A stretch of 64,000 nt of DNA from Chiloscyllium plagiosum (lineage: Eukaryota), in NCBI RefSeq assembly GCF_004010195.1, contig NC_057757.1, positions 9,560,726 to 9,624,725 of the forward strand, in the 5' to 3' direction. The notes under the pieces were generated by a model. That model did no database searches, was not told the DNA's origin, and saw nothing but the letters and a program-made list of their open reading frames with translations. Below are positions 51,166 to 64,000 of the stretch, in pieces (the stretch's first letter is position 1; each line of letters opens with the position of its first letter). Position numbers and translations under genes: made by a program.

Positions 51166-51719
51166 AATCTTGTTCCTGGCGTGCACCTTTGATTGGAAAA
51201 AGCCATTAGAGCTTAACATCCAAATCAACAGTCTGTGCAATAAGCAAAGTGGAGGCCTACGTGTCATTAATGTATGTCTTCATACCTCCAAATCCTTAGG
51301 GTGACATGGATCCCGACAGAATGTTACAACTTTGTAAGATCAAAGTGACGGGCAACATTCATGTCTCTCAGTCCTCAGACAGCTCTAGGACATTTGTGTT
51401 AAGGAGAAGAGAAATGTGTCGCTGTAATCCATCTAATAATTCCTTGTGACGTTTTAAGTATTCATTTATCAAACTTCGCATTACTGTTTCTTGGCAAGTG
51501 CAGCTGCAGTTCTGATCATTACATCATGCAGGCGTTGTCAAATCCTTGTGTGCAATGTCATAGTAGCTGTAACAGTGAGAAGGCACGTACACGCTGCCCT
51601 TTAATGTTTCTATATATTACACCAGTCCATGAGGCTAGTGAAAATGAACAACTACATGGGCTATGATCCCTATTGGTCTGAGTTAGAAAGTTAACATTTC
51701 AAATTGCACTCCACAGAGA

Positions 51720-51880
51720 GATAAGCTAGGCGATTATTGTGCCGCTATTTGTGGGACTTCTGTTACATGCAAATACATCACAACAGTGACTACACTTCAA
51801 AGGTTCTTCAGTGGGTGTAAATCATTGATGTCCTGAGACTATGAAGGGTGCTATATGAATGCAAATACTTCTACCTTCCT
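51720..51880 (+). mobile_element. Deu-domain SINE 3' part (other remnants at ~29120-29245 -, 42025-42130 +, 45135-45290 +, 48635-48880 -, 56885-57260 -)
   Basis: gctatttgtgggact...acaacagtgactacacttcaaa...gaagggtgctatatgaatgcaa. Confidence 0.6.
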
Positions 51881-51917
51881 TTCTCCTATCTATCAGTGAA
51901 GGTTTTGCTACTGACAC

Positions 51918-54900
51918 TGAAATAACTCACAGAGGCCGGGATCCCATCACCAAGTCACCTTTTATTTACACATGGAGAATCCTTGACACTAATCCAGCTC
52001 CCTCAGAGTCAGCTCCCTGACTGAGCAGAACCACTGTCACTCCTATCCTATCTGTCAGGCAGGGCTCCCTAATTGGACCAGGTTAACAGCCCCAATCAGG
52101 GAACTTGTATTCTATGAGGTCCACCTTGCTGACCTCATTACACAGAGTCCGAGCACACAGGCTATTTCTTTTTCTTTGTTGCTTCTCCTGGGGTATTTTA
52201 GCACTGGGTCAGGCTCTTCTGACTCTGACTTGGATGCGGGTGACGTGTAACACACAGTAACTCATCTCTTGCACCCGGAACATCTCAGAAGAAATTCATT
52301 CTCTTCTTCAGATGGCAAAGGCATTGAGACCGCAATGATCCGCTGTGTCCATCTCTGATATTGAGGTATCTTCAACGCTTGACAGAGAGGGAGAACTCAC
52401 GGGTTTAGGAACAGTTGAAAAAGCAGTCGAGGAGCCGGGCACGTTTTGCTCCCACACCGTTTGTCATTTTGCAGCTTTCATATGGTCCATGTGTTTGGTC
52501 AGCACTGACCTGGATTTTATACGTCATTGAACCTGACTTCGCATCAACCATGTCTCTTACCGATGGAGGGCCATGCCCTTGGTTCCTGCACCAAACATCG
52601 TCTCCTGAAGTCAACTGCCTCTCTCACTTAGCGGAATCTTGTGTCCAGCATTGGTGTTCCTGATGCCATTTCACCCTCCCCTCCCTCAGGTCCAGGAAGA
52701 TCAGATTTAACCTGCTACTGGAGCTATCCCTGTAGTTGGATGAGGAGTGGTCCTATAATCAAATAGAGACCAGGGCACTCTGGTATCGACTGAAGCTATA
52801 TGCTGTTTCTTTAAGCCTACCTTCAAAGTTTGGACTGCTCTTTCTGTCAGACTATTGGATAATGGATAGTATGGAGCTGACATTATGTGTCGAATACCAT
52901 TCAGCTTTAGGAAATACTCAAATTTCCTGCTGGTAAATGTTATCTGTGACCAAAACCTCAGCGAGCCCGTATATTGCAAAAGATGCATGTCGGTTTTCTT
53001 CTGTGTTCCCTGTGTTTGACAAGTGAACTCTCTGCATGTCCAGCCACTTTGAGTGGGTGTCCACATAACTGAAACATTGAGCCTATGAAAGGACATGCAT
53101 AGTGAACGTGTAACCAAGTCTAGGGTTCACCTGGTCATTCCCATGGATGTAGGGGAGCTGCTGATGATAATTGTTGTCTTTGTTGGCACCCTGGCACTGC
53201 CACACCAATGCAGCTATGTCTGCATCCAATCCTGGCTACCAGACATAACTTCTCACCAACATCTTCCATTGTCGAGACCCCTGAATGATCCTAACGGAGT
53301 TCAGCCAGTATGTGGCAGCGCCCTTTGCTCAGGACAATCACTCTTGTTCCCTAAAGCAATGTGCCATCCTTAATTAATCTGGTCTCTCCGGGTCCAAAAA
53401 GCGTTTGACTCTGGTTGTGACTGCCCTATGGTTTCCCCCGTCACACCCATCTGTTTCAGTTTTGCAAGGACTGGATCTTTCTGCATCCAAAGTCTGATAT
53501 TGTCAGCTTTGACTAGAAGAGTGTCTGGAAAATCTAAAACCATCATGTACTCTTCATGTGGCCACATCACCGGGGGTGTATCTGCCAGGAGGAGGCAGCT
53601 CAGTGCAACCACATCTGCGACTTGGCCTCCCAGGTACTGTCCCGAATTGTAATTACATGCACTTAGGATGAGAACCCAGAATATGGCCGAAGCTATGGGT
53701 GGCACTGTTGTCTTTAGGTAGATTCAGCAGGGGTTTGTGGTCTGTTATTGTTACACATTTACATCCATAAAGCTAGTGGTGAAACCTCCTGATTCAAAAC
53801 ATGACTGCCAGACCTTCCTTCTCGATCTGGATGTATTTACACTCTTCATTAGCCAAAGTCAAGGATGCACATGCTGTTGAGCGCTCCCCTCCATTGGGCT
53901 ACATATGAGCTAATACTACCCCAATGCCATACAGGGAGGTATTGCATGTCAATACCAGATCTCACTTGTGATCATAGTGTGCCAGCACTTTAGAGGATGA
54001 GAGCTGTTTCTTCACTTCCCTGAAAGCTATAGCTTGGCCATGTGACCATTTCCAAGGCTGACCCTTTTTGAAGAGGTGATTCAAAGGTACCAGGATGGAG
54101 GCCTGGTTATGTATGAACTTTCTGTAATAATTCGCCAGCTCAAGGAAAGACCTAAGTTCCGGTACAGACATGGGAGCTAGGGCACCTTTGATCACCCTTA
54201 CTTTTATCCTCCAATGGATGTATCCAGTTCTAGTCGACTCTGTAGCCCAAGTAAGTCACTTCGGGTGTCTGGAACACATATGTTTCCCTTCTAAGGCATA
54301 CACCTGCCAGATGTTATGTCTGGTAGCCAGGATTGGATGCAGACATAGCCGCATTGGTGTGGCAGTGCCCAGGGTGCCAACAAAGAAACATCTAAGAACT
54401 AAGTTCAAATTCTCTGAGTGCCCCTTATTGATCCTCCCTGTTACTGGCGCATCATTGATATAAAAGGTGACCTCGGCTAGACCTTGTAAAATGTTCTCCA
54501 TTGTCCTCTGGAAAATGGCACAGGCTAATAATACCCCAAAATGGCAGTCTCATATATTTGTACAAACCTTTATGGGTATTAATTGTAGCATACTTATGGA
54601 AATTCTCATGTAACTGCTATTGCAAATACACATGGCTCCTGTCCAGCAATGTGAAGGTCAGCTCCCCCGTGCCAGTTTTGGGTACAAGTACTCAAAGTGA
54701 GGTATGTATCTGGCTGCGAGAAGCCATTTGCCATTTGTTTAAAATCCCCACAGCAGCAAGTCAGGCTTCACAATCGATATAACTGATGCTGCCGTTCCAC
54801 AAACTAGACCGGTTTGATAATTCCCCTGATTTCTCCCTCTACTTTTTCCTGTTAGATAAATGGCACTGGGTCGGCCTGGCAGAATTGTAAAATTTGCCTT

Positions 54901-56812
54901 ATGGTCAACAGACAAGGTGGCAATCCTCTGATTTATTCATTTTGTTTGATGTGGGCATTGCTGGCTGGACCAGCATTTATTGCCCGTCCCAAGTTGCCCC
55001 TTGTGAAGGTGGTGGTGAGCTGCCTACTTGAACCGCTATAGTCTACTGGCTGTGGGTTGACCCACAACTCTCTTAGGGAGGGAATTCCAGGATTTTGACC
55101 CAGTGACAGTGAAGGAACGGCAACATATTTCCAAGTCAGGATGGTGAGTGGCTTGGAGGGGAGCGTAAAGGTTCTGGTATTCCCATGTATCTGCTGCCTG
55201 CGTCCTTCTCGATGGAAGTGGTCATGGATTTGAAAGGTGCTGTCTGACGATCTCGGTGAATTTCCGCAGTGCATCTTGTAGAGAGTACGCACTGCTGCTT
55301 GGATCCTTTGATAGTCCCCAGACCTTCCTGAAAAACCTCTGGGCATTAGAACTTTACTCAGGCAGCTATTTTCGAATTGAAAATGGTGAGCCAATCAAAG
55401 TGAATCTTTCTCAACTAATTTCACCCCATGAAGCTTGTGCCTTTGCCTTTTACTGCAAGCAATGGGAACCCAACCAGCTGCTTCCCAGAAGATACTGGGA
55501 AATCTGTAAAGGTTCCCCAGTATAGGTTCGCAGTCTGGTCAAGGTTTTGTGCAAACTTAAGGGTTGGAGTCCAGAGTAAATTTTGTTAAAGACTGTTCTG
55601 CTATCACTGAAATGGCTGTGCCAGTATCAACCTCCATTGGAACTGGCTGACCATTTAAAACATTTATTTTGATTGGTTATGATTTGGATGTTGCTATGCA
55701 ATTTAGCTGTTCCAAACCAGGTGTAGGTGGACTTTCCAGGATGTGAACTCTCATGAAAACTGGTCTATGAGTTCTTTTACTCAATTTAGGTCTAGTGGGA
55801 TTCTTTTGCTGTCTCAAGTCTGCATATGATAGCAACTACAAAGACTTGCTGACTTGGATCCTGAAGAAAATTTTAACCATTTGGCCGAGGCTTGGCTTTG
55901 TTTTGGGAGTTTTGCTGTGGATTGATCTAGAGTCCCTCTGCTCAGGTTATGTCCTGAGTGAGGCTATACAATTGCCTTTACTCAAGTGGTACTCCTCAAG
56001 CTCAGTTGGACTGGTGAGCATGTCACCTCCATTGGAATACATTGTAAGTCATGTGCCCCACTTGCTGCACTTTCCAATGATAAAGCCAGTTGTAGTGCCT
56101 GGTTGAAGTCCAGTTGGGAACCACTATTGGGCAATTTTGCATTTTACATCATTACTCCCGCATACCAAACGGTCTCTCAGCATCTCATTAAGGTTAAATC
56201 AAACCTGCAGCTGCCAGTCATCTTAACCTCATCACAAATCCTGATACAGATTCCCCTGATTCTCGAATTGCTGAATAAGTCTAATAGTGTCTCAGAATTA
56301 GAAGAGGCTTGGCGTCATAATATTCCTTAACTAAACCTGCCAACTCTTGAAAGGTTTTAGTATCTGGTGCCTTAGGTTCCTAATAACCAAAAGGCTGCAG
56401 GTCCACAAGCTGTCAGGAACCTGGAACAAGTTACACCTTCTTTCACTTCCTGCGCCCAGTCTCCAACGGCGGGATCAAGCTTCCCAAATAGCAACATGAT
56501 GCCAGAAATGCATACCCCAACTCAAAGATGACTATTGAAAGACAATTTCTTCAGGAGCATGCTTTTCACTCATCACCACTGAAATGACTCCACAGAGGCT
56601 GGTATCCTGTCACCAAGTCACCTTTTCTTTACACAAGGAGAATCCTTGACAATGATCCAGCTCCCTCAAAACCAGCTCTCAGAGTGAACAGAACCTCTGA
56701 CACTCCTGTTTATATCTGTCAGCCAGGGCTCCCTGGGACAAGATTAACAGCCCCACTCAGGGAACTCATATTCTATGAGGTCTACCTGACCGACCTCATT
56801 GCCATCATTGCA
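51918..56812 (-). mobile_element. Complete but decayed Ty3/Gypsy LTR retrotransposon (K02A2.6/Mag-like); 5' LTR 56580-56812, 3' LTR 51918-52142
   Basis: LTRs are TG...CA on the minus strand; flanks gacac/gaaac; PBS-like tggtgatgag. Domain order is protease (PMEVDTGTAISVI, ~55600-55670), RT (MENILQGL..YIND), RNase H (SSKVLAHYD), integrase (FTSRKFEYFLKLNGIRH..SAPYYPLSNSLTERAVQTLK). Many stops and frameshifts. Confidence 0.92.
54930..55300 (-). mobile_element. L2/Crack-like LINE 3' end nested in Gypsy pol
   Basis: Same 3' UTR as 43500-43835. Confidence 0.78.
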
Positions 56813-57345
56813 GAAACAATTTCCAATCACACACTAAAATGATTGGCGAAAACCCAACTATAAAATACAAAATGAACATGACATTTAAATAACACCTTTC
56901 CCACTCATGAGGTGTCCCAATCAATTAACTACACTGAAATTCAGTTCCTGTCATAATGTAGGAAAAATCACAGTCAATTTGCTCACAGCAAGCTCCCACA
57001 AACAGCAAGGTGATGATAAACAGCTAATCTGTTTCAGTGATTTTGAGTGATTAATATTAATTTCCTTCTTCAATTAGTGTCACAAGAGGTTTGATTGCCA
57101 TCTTGTAGCTGAGTGGAGGTGGACTGAGGCATGATGAGTAGTCCAGAAGGACCCTGGGTTTAACAACTCATCCAAGGGATCCCTCCGACAGTACAGCACT
57201 CAGTCCTGCACAAACACATCAGCTTTGATGCTCAACGTTTGGAGGTGGACTTACTCACAACAAACCAGCTCATTAAAGTTCATTTGATAAACAAAGTTGA
57301 AATTTCATCTTACACATTGTAATTTAACTCCCGCTTTACAAATCC

Positions 57346-57418
57346 AGTGTGTGAGAGGGAGTATGTGTACGAGTGTGTGTGTGTGTGAGTGTGTGTGTGT
57401 GTGAGTGAGTATATGTGA
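57346..57418. repeat. (GT)n/(GAGT) microsatellite
   Basis: Visible in sequence. Confidence 0.9.
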
Positions 57419-57679
57419 GGGCAACAGGGCAGATACTTCATCAGAGACCAGAGACCAACATTGGCAATCAATCAAAGCAAGTACAGGGTGGCATTTGTGA
57501 TCGTTTCTCTGCTGATTTCAACACTGTCCTTGCCATCCTTTCTAAACTAGAGCTCATCTCCTTCATGTGTCTGAATTTGCATCACGTTGGTCCACACATC
57601 ATCCCTGAAATAGACAGATCAACATCAGTTCATGTGTTGACCAATGCCTTGTTTTTAATTTTCAATCTCATTTTTTCAA

Positions 57680-57945
57680 ATCCCCGCTGTGTGGAAAAAG
57701 GCCATTTGGCCCACTGTGTCTGCACCGACTCTCGAAAGAGCATCCCATCATCACCCACCCTCAACCGTAACCTTGTAGCCCTGCATTTCCCATGACAAAT
57801 CCACCTAACCTACACATTTCTGGACATTAGGGACAACTTAGCAACCCATTTAACCTGCACCTCTTTGGACTGCAGGAAGAAACCAGAGCACCTGGAGGAG
57901 ACCCATGTGGACATGGGGAGAAATTGAAAACTCCACACAGACAGT
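57680..57945 (-). mobile_element. 5'-truncated HE1-like SINE
   Basis: Tail tgtggaaaaaggccatttggccc through body ctccacacagacagt. Confidence 0.82.
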
Positions 57946-58571
57946 CTTACACGTTGTAATTTAACTCCCGCTTTACAGTTGATCATTGCATCTCTGAAAT
58001 TGGTGACACTAAAGTCACTATTGAAATGTAAATTGGTGTGGAAATTTTGGTTGCACTCAAAAGGGTAGCAGCAGAGAAATAAATTGGCAATGTCATTTTT
58101 CTCTCATTTTCTAACTAGTGGAGTCATCAAGCAAGGACTGAAGGTAATGGAACCAAGGGAAGGATGTTTAACAGCAGTGATATCAAGATCATCCAATATT
58201 ACTCACACGCCCAAAGCAAAAACTAACTTCATGTGGACGAACACTCACTTGTCAATTCACTTTCCCTCACCTCATCTTGTGTAACAATGAAATTTATTTC
58301 TATCCTGATCTAATACTTCCCTATCCTTCAATGACTGTTTTGGCCTGGCTAAATTAATTTCCATTACCAACAGATTGACAGATTAATGAAAGGAAGTCAG
58401 CCTCATGTGTTTGTGTTTGTCCTGTGGACTCAAATCGAAAGCAGATGCTTTAAAATGTCTTGGCTGTGAGCATTACACAGATCTTACAGGAAACCAGTGA
58501 ACCCAGCTCCAAGCATGCTGTTAATCCTGAAACTCATTTTAATGATGGGGCAAGATTAATTCACAGAGCTA

Positions 58572-59240
58572 GAGATTCAGGTACATAGTTCCTCTTAAAA
58601 GTTGCATTGCAGGTAGACAGGGTGGTGAAGACGTCATTTGACATGCTTGCCACCTTTGCTGAGACCACTGAGTGTACAAGTGTGAGGTCATGTTGGGGCT
58701 GTACACGACATTGGTTCAGCCACAATTCTGGTCTCCCTGCTATAGGAAGGATGTTATTAAACTAGAAAGGGTACAGAATAGATTTACGGGGATGTTACTG
58801 TGAATGGAGAGTTTGAATTATAAGGAGAGGCTGGATAAGTTGGGACTTTTTCCCTGAGTATAGGAGGTTTAAGTCTTTATAGAGGTTTATAAAATCATGA
58901 TTGCATGGATAAGGCGAATGCCAAAGGCCTTTTCCCTTGGGTTGGGAAATTCAAAACTAGACAGCATAGGATTTAGGGTGAGAAGGGAAAGATTTCAAAG
59001 GGACCTGAGGGGCAACTTTTTCACTCAGAGGGTAATGCATTTATGGAACGAGTGCCAGAGGAAGTTGGAGATGTGGGTACAGTTACAACATTTAAAAGTC
59101 ATTTGGACAGGTATATGAATAGGAAAGGTTTAGAGGGATATGGGCCAAAAACAAGGAAATGGGACTTGTTCGGGTTGGGAAACTGGGTCACATGAACGAG
59201 TAGGGCCGAAGGGTCTGTTTCTGTGCTCCATGACTCTCTG
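58572..59240 (+). mobile_element. Degraded CR1 3' fragment
   Basis: FRVRRERFQRDLRGNFFTQRVMHLWN; gggccgaagggtctg tail. Confidence 0.85.
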
Positions 59241-60919
59241 AGGACTAAGGCTGTCCAAACTGAGGTGGTGGCAATGAGGCAGTTTACTAAGAGTTGGGAT
59301 ACACTGAAAAGTTTTCATTGACATGACCTCCATTTAACAGAGCTGATAACTTAGTGACATTACAGCGTTCCCTAGCTGAGCCACGTGAAAAGACAGCAAA
59401 CTCACTAAAGCAGGAGCATTGATAACAGAGGACGAACTTTTCTCTGGGCCTCAAAGGAAGCCTTTTTCGCTTCCCCAAGTTTCCTCTCCCCCTGCTGTGA
59501 GGATATTCCTCTTGGAGCCTGTTCACTGGGCTATGTTCTCCCTTGCTCTCCGTTATGGCTTCCTATTGGCAAATTTTGATGACCAGAAAATAGCTTTGCA
59601 TGGACTGCATAATCAGAAAGTTTGCTGATGGCAGATAGGTCATAGGTCAACAAGGCCATAGTGAATACAAACTACAGGCTCTATTTCCCAAGGGTTAAAA
59701 TTGAAAAGTAGGGCCATTATCCTGATCACAGAGAGAGCATTGTTTGTAGTCCTACATTATAAAATGGATCATGAGGGCCCTGGAGCGGGTGGTCAGACGG
59801 TTTATAAAGATGATTTCAGAAATAAGTGTCACTTGTCATGACTGCGATCAGAAACCTAGGTCACCTAAGAACATATCCAAGTTTTAAATTTCAACATGTG
59901 ATACTCCTTAAAAGGTGACTGAAACAACAAAAAAGATGCAAATTAGTGGCTGTCTGGATAGAGAAACTCTGGAATGCCACACCTGTAGGTGTCAAAGAAA
60001 CTTCAAAGGGAGAAAACGCAGCACAAGGTGAACTGTAATCACAAGGAATCTATCTCCAACTGTGAACTGCTTGGAATAAAAGAAATGACAGTCCGGCAAG
60101 AGCCCTGTTTTGACTCTTCCCCTTTCAGTAATATTCAACCCTGGTTGATGTGTTCTCGTGGGAGAAGGTGGGCTAATGAGCTGAGATCCTCCTGGTGATA
60201 GTCTTGATTTGTGTGCCACTGTGCAGTGAAGGTCACAGTTGAATAATCACCACGAGCCACATCTGTATGGCAGTTAAATATTCTCTCGTCCTGAGCACTA
60301 GAAGCTACCTAGTCTGTCAAAAGAATTTCAACTGACCTGTAAAACCAAGAATCCTAAAATCAATTTCCAACTATCAGCGTTCATGAACAATTCAGGGACT
60401 GAATTGTATATCTTCTAACTTGTTTTTTTCAGACGCACCTCTTCTCTAATCTGTGTGTAAATTATTATCTCTTTGTGCGTTTTGTCAATGATAAACTTAT
60501 TCTTTTATCCATTTGAGAAAGTTGGGTTATATTGGCTCCTAGTAAAACAGAAAATTACTCGTGTCTGGGAGAAAATCATCCACAAAGTAAGGATGCTTCT
60601 AGGATTAACCGTGCAATGACCAAACAAGAGGCCTTATTCCCCATCACCTTGGGATCCAGCTCCCCACCCGGGATGTAACGATTTGGTGTCTCCTGCCTGG
60701 ACTGGGGATCTTTTCCTGAAATCTGATTGTATTGGGTACATTCCAGGAAAGGATCTAAAGGCTGGCTTTCCTTCCTTTTAGAGGTTGAGGATTGACCCAA
60801 TAGAGGTTGTTGCAATCAATTCAGACTTTAATAGAATGGAGAGGAGAGAGACAGCACTGATTCGGCCTGGTTAGAATGAACCTGTTTTCTCGCTTATTTC
60901 TGAGGTGCTCCCGGTCCAT

Positions 60920-61487
60920 CATGGAAGCCAACCTGCCATTCATTGACTCCATCTATAATTCTCAATGCCTAGGGAAGGCAGCCAACATCATCAAAGACCT
61001 CTCCCACCCTGGTTATACTCTCTTCTACCCTCTTCCACTGAGCTGAAGATGCAAAAGCTTAAAACAAAATAAATGCGGGACATTACAACAGGTCAGGCAG
61101 CATCCGCACAGAGAGCTGTGATGCAGAGTCATCGAAACGTTAGTTTGCTTTCTCTCCATGAATGCTGCCTGACCTGCTGTGACCTCCAGCATTTTTTGTT
61201 TTCATATCAGATTCCAGCAGCTGCAATAATTTGCTGATACTAAAGCTTAAACAGATTCAAGAACAACTTCTTCCCCGCTGTTATGAGACTGCTGAATGGG
61301 CCTCTCAAATCTCAAATTTAATGTTGATCTCGCTCTTTATGCACCTTCTCTGCAGCCGTAACATTTTATTCTTCGCTCTGTTCAATTACCCTAACACACT
61401 TTTTATGGTATGATCTGCCTGTACTGCATGCAAAACAAAACGTTTCACAGTATCTAGGTACGTGACATTAATAAATCAAATCAAATA
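60920..61487 (+). mobile_element. Rex1/Babar-like 3' end with a fold-back Penelope-like insert (61064-61241, TSD aaagcttaaa)
   Basis: Homologous to 44090-44640. The 10-bp repeat is at 61054-61063 and 61242-61251; caggtcaggcagcat and atgctgcctgacctg are inverted. Confidence 0.78.
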
Positions 61488-62212
61488 GAAAAATTAAGGA
61501 ATACCATTAAAAAGAACTGCCAGAATGTTTTCCCATCAGATCGTTATCCAATTCCCTTTCAAAAGCCCAGATTTAGCCTGGTTCCAGTACACTGTAGGTG
61601 GAACATTCCAGACCCACTCGCTGTGTGGAATTGAAATGCTGACATAAGACCACGGTCTGTCAGTTCATTTGCTCCATTCTGGCAGTGGCTTGATAATGGA
61701 ATCCTAATCAATCTCACTCACTGAGTGTAGAACAGACCCAGACAGCAGGTGAGGGAAAATCCAGTGGCAGAGACCTTTCTGAATCTTAGCTCCAGAGTCA
61801 CTCAATCCTCCCACACATGCTACACTCATATGTTATAATGTGGACGTGCCAATGTTGGACTGGGATGGACAAAGTTAAAAATCACACAACACTGGGTTAT
61901 AGTCCAACAGGTGCCGTGTGATGTTTAACTCATGTCATGTCACGTCTCCAGTTACCAACAGTTATCCAAAACTTTATTTGCCAAAAGACATCCAGTTTTA
62001 AATTTAAAACGAATGCATCAAGCTCATCACAATATCTGTTGTTTGTTTACTCTGGTCTATCCCTTTGACTATGTTTCTCTTAATGAGGGGTGAGATAGGG
62101 GCCTCACAGTCTAAGGGAATTTAGGAATCCTTGTCCAGCTTGAAAGGTAACAGAGATCTATGGCTGGCACATAATCTCAAAATTCTGGTTGTCTCTGCAT
62201 CTTTCAGGAGTT

Positions 62213-62530
62213 GGGGTGGCATGGTGGCTCAGTGGTTAGCACTGCTGCCTCACCGTGCCAGGGACCCGGGTTTGATTCCAGCCTCGGGCAACTATCTGTG
62301 TGGTGTTTGCACATTCTTCCCGTGTCTCCATGGCTTTCCTCCCATAATCAAAAGATGTGCAGGTTAGGTGAATTGGCCATGTTAAATTGCCTATAGTGTT
62401 CAGGGATGTCCAGGTTAAGTGCATTAGTCAGGAGTAATGGGGAATGGGTTTGGGTGGAATACTCTTAGAGTGTTAGCTTGGACTTGATGGGCTGAAGGGC
62501 CTGTTTCCACATTGTAGGGATTCTAGGATT
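62213..62530 (+). mobile_element. HE1-like SINE
   Basis: Complete copy. Confidence 0.88.
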
Positions 62531-63684
62531 TCCTATTAAGCTATAGCTGACACCAATATAGGGCTGAAGTGTGTAGTGTATTTTTTTCTGAAATGTTTTT
62601 GAATAGTTTATCTTATTGTGGCTGCACTCCACATTATGTTCTTGTGTGTTGTGTTTGTCTGTTTCACTATACTCTGTAGAGACCAGACAGAATATTATAA
62701 CTTGGTTTATTCAGCTCAGCTCTGTGAAGGCTCCCTTTATGAATATGCAAAGAGGTTTTTTTTTCTCTCTGTTCAGCCTATTAGCCAAATCCCTCTAAAG
62801 TAAGCACTTAACTCAGAGCTGTTCGATAGAAGTCACTTCCTATTTCACATCCGCCCATCAAACACTATCGGGAAGGACTGAGTGAGTGCTTCAAAGGAAC
62901 TCTGAGGCTTTTAAAAGGATTTGGCTGGTGAGAGTTAGATTTCTCTGCAGGGGTTGTTGAACTGAGTGAGTTCTAAAACCACAGATACCCTCTTAACGAA
63001 CATTTTAGATGAAAGTAAAATTAAACAATGACAAGAAACAAACCCACAGTGTCTGCAAAGTGCCAGTAATGACAGAGCCAAGGATACGGGCAACAGGGAA
63101 CTGTGCCCAACTATTCAATGCCACTTACAGACTATGCTCCAATAAGAGGGAAATTGACAGTAATTTCACTGCTGTCCCATTTATCACAGAATGACTGGGA
63201 AAGGTCAACTGCTTTATAGCTTCCATAAGCTTATTACATCTGCAACAGCACTCTGTATTGCCCATGTTGTTTGTTTTTGATTCATTTATTCAACTCCCTG
63301 AACATACATTTCTCATGCATTTCTTATACCTCTTCTATCAGCCTGAGCTGAGTATTACGACTCTTGCTTCCAAAGATCATGGGATCATGTTCCACTTCAG
63401 AGCACAGTTTAATACTCCAGTGCAGTACGAAAGGAGTGCTGCAGTCAGAAGGTTCACTTATTTGAATGAAATGTTGACTTGAAGTCCCATTTTCACCCAT
63501 AGGTGGTCGTTTGGCAACATCAACAGAAGGGGAAGTGTCCTGCAACCTTACCATAAAATGACAATAAAGACATCTGGAACTTTACTAATTATTGTAAAGA
63601 GATAGATTCCTGTAACTTTATCCCACTAAGTGAGAAAATTGAGTGACTTTACCTACCTAAATGAGGAAGAAGAAGGCTTATGTT

Positions 63685-63800
63685 AGGATGTACAAAGTTA
63701 AAAATCACACAACACCAGGTTATAGTCTAACAGGTTTATTTGGAAGCACTAGCTTTCGGAGCGCTGCTCCTTCATCAGGTGATTGTGGAGCATAACATTA
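63685..63800 (-). mobile_element. Penelope-like terminus, family 2 (further fragment at 61838-61930)
   Basis: aaagttaaaaatcacacaacaccaggttatagtc, as at 48265. Confidence 0.75.
63745..63785 (-). ncRNA. Minimal type I hammerhead ribozyme (family 2, intact)
   Basis: Minus strand: cac CUGAUGA a GGAGC agc GCUCC GAAA GC UA gug. Stem I CAC/GUG, stem II 5 bp, palindromic AGCU stem III, CUA cleavage triplet. Confidence 0.75.
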
Positions 63801-64000
63801 TAATAAACTTCACAGATCAAGTACAGTAATGCATTCCTTGTAATTCTATCGTTTAAATGAGAGAGTCATTTAAGGTTATTGTACGAATAAGTGTATACTG
63901 TAACTTTCCTGTGACACAATCCTGTAGCTTTACATGACTATTTGGGTTGAATAATTTGTAGAGTGGAGGGGGATTTGTGGGAGGGAGGTGACTGTCAGGA

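Noticed and set aside
1..64000. CRISPR arrays or prokaryote-type operons
   Set aside because: This is vertebrate intronic DNA. The repeated motifs are dispersed retroelements, not regularly spaced repeat-spacer units.

Overview
Eukaryotic, repeat-dominated window from a cartilaginous fish. HE1/V-SINEs, Deu-domain SINEs and CR1/HER1-type LINEs point to an elasmobranch; a carpet/bamboo shark is plausible but is inference. The only host coding sequence I can support is one 131-bp minus-strand exon of paralemmin-1 (PALM; SKALRERWLLEGTPSS...) at 12915-13045, so much or all of the window is probably PALM intron. The rest is nested TE debris: many CR1 fragments (longest about 2.7 kb), about 14 HE1-like SINEs, an L2/Crack-like LINE with a partner SINE, Rex1/Babar fragments, one complete but decayed Gypsy element with TSD, and two solo LTRs of the same family. 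Short Penelope-like termini recur throughout. The most interesting signals are: (i) two families of minimal type I hammerhead ribozyme motifs in the Penelope-like termini, some with intact cores on the PALM sense strand, often in fold-back mini-elements; (ii) two tiny SINE-tail insertions flanked by perfect 92- and 85-bp target duplications; (iii) several locally templated inverted or duplicated DNA captures at insertion junctions. Almost all ORFs in the supplied track are TE remnants or spurious. TE boundaries were read by eye and are approximate.
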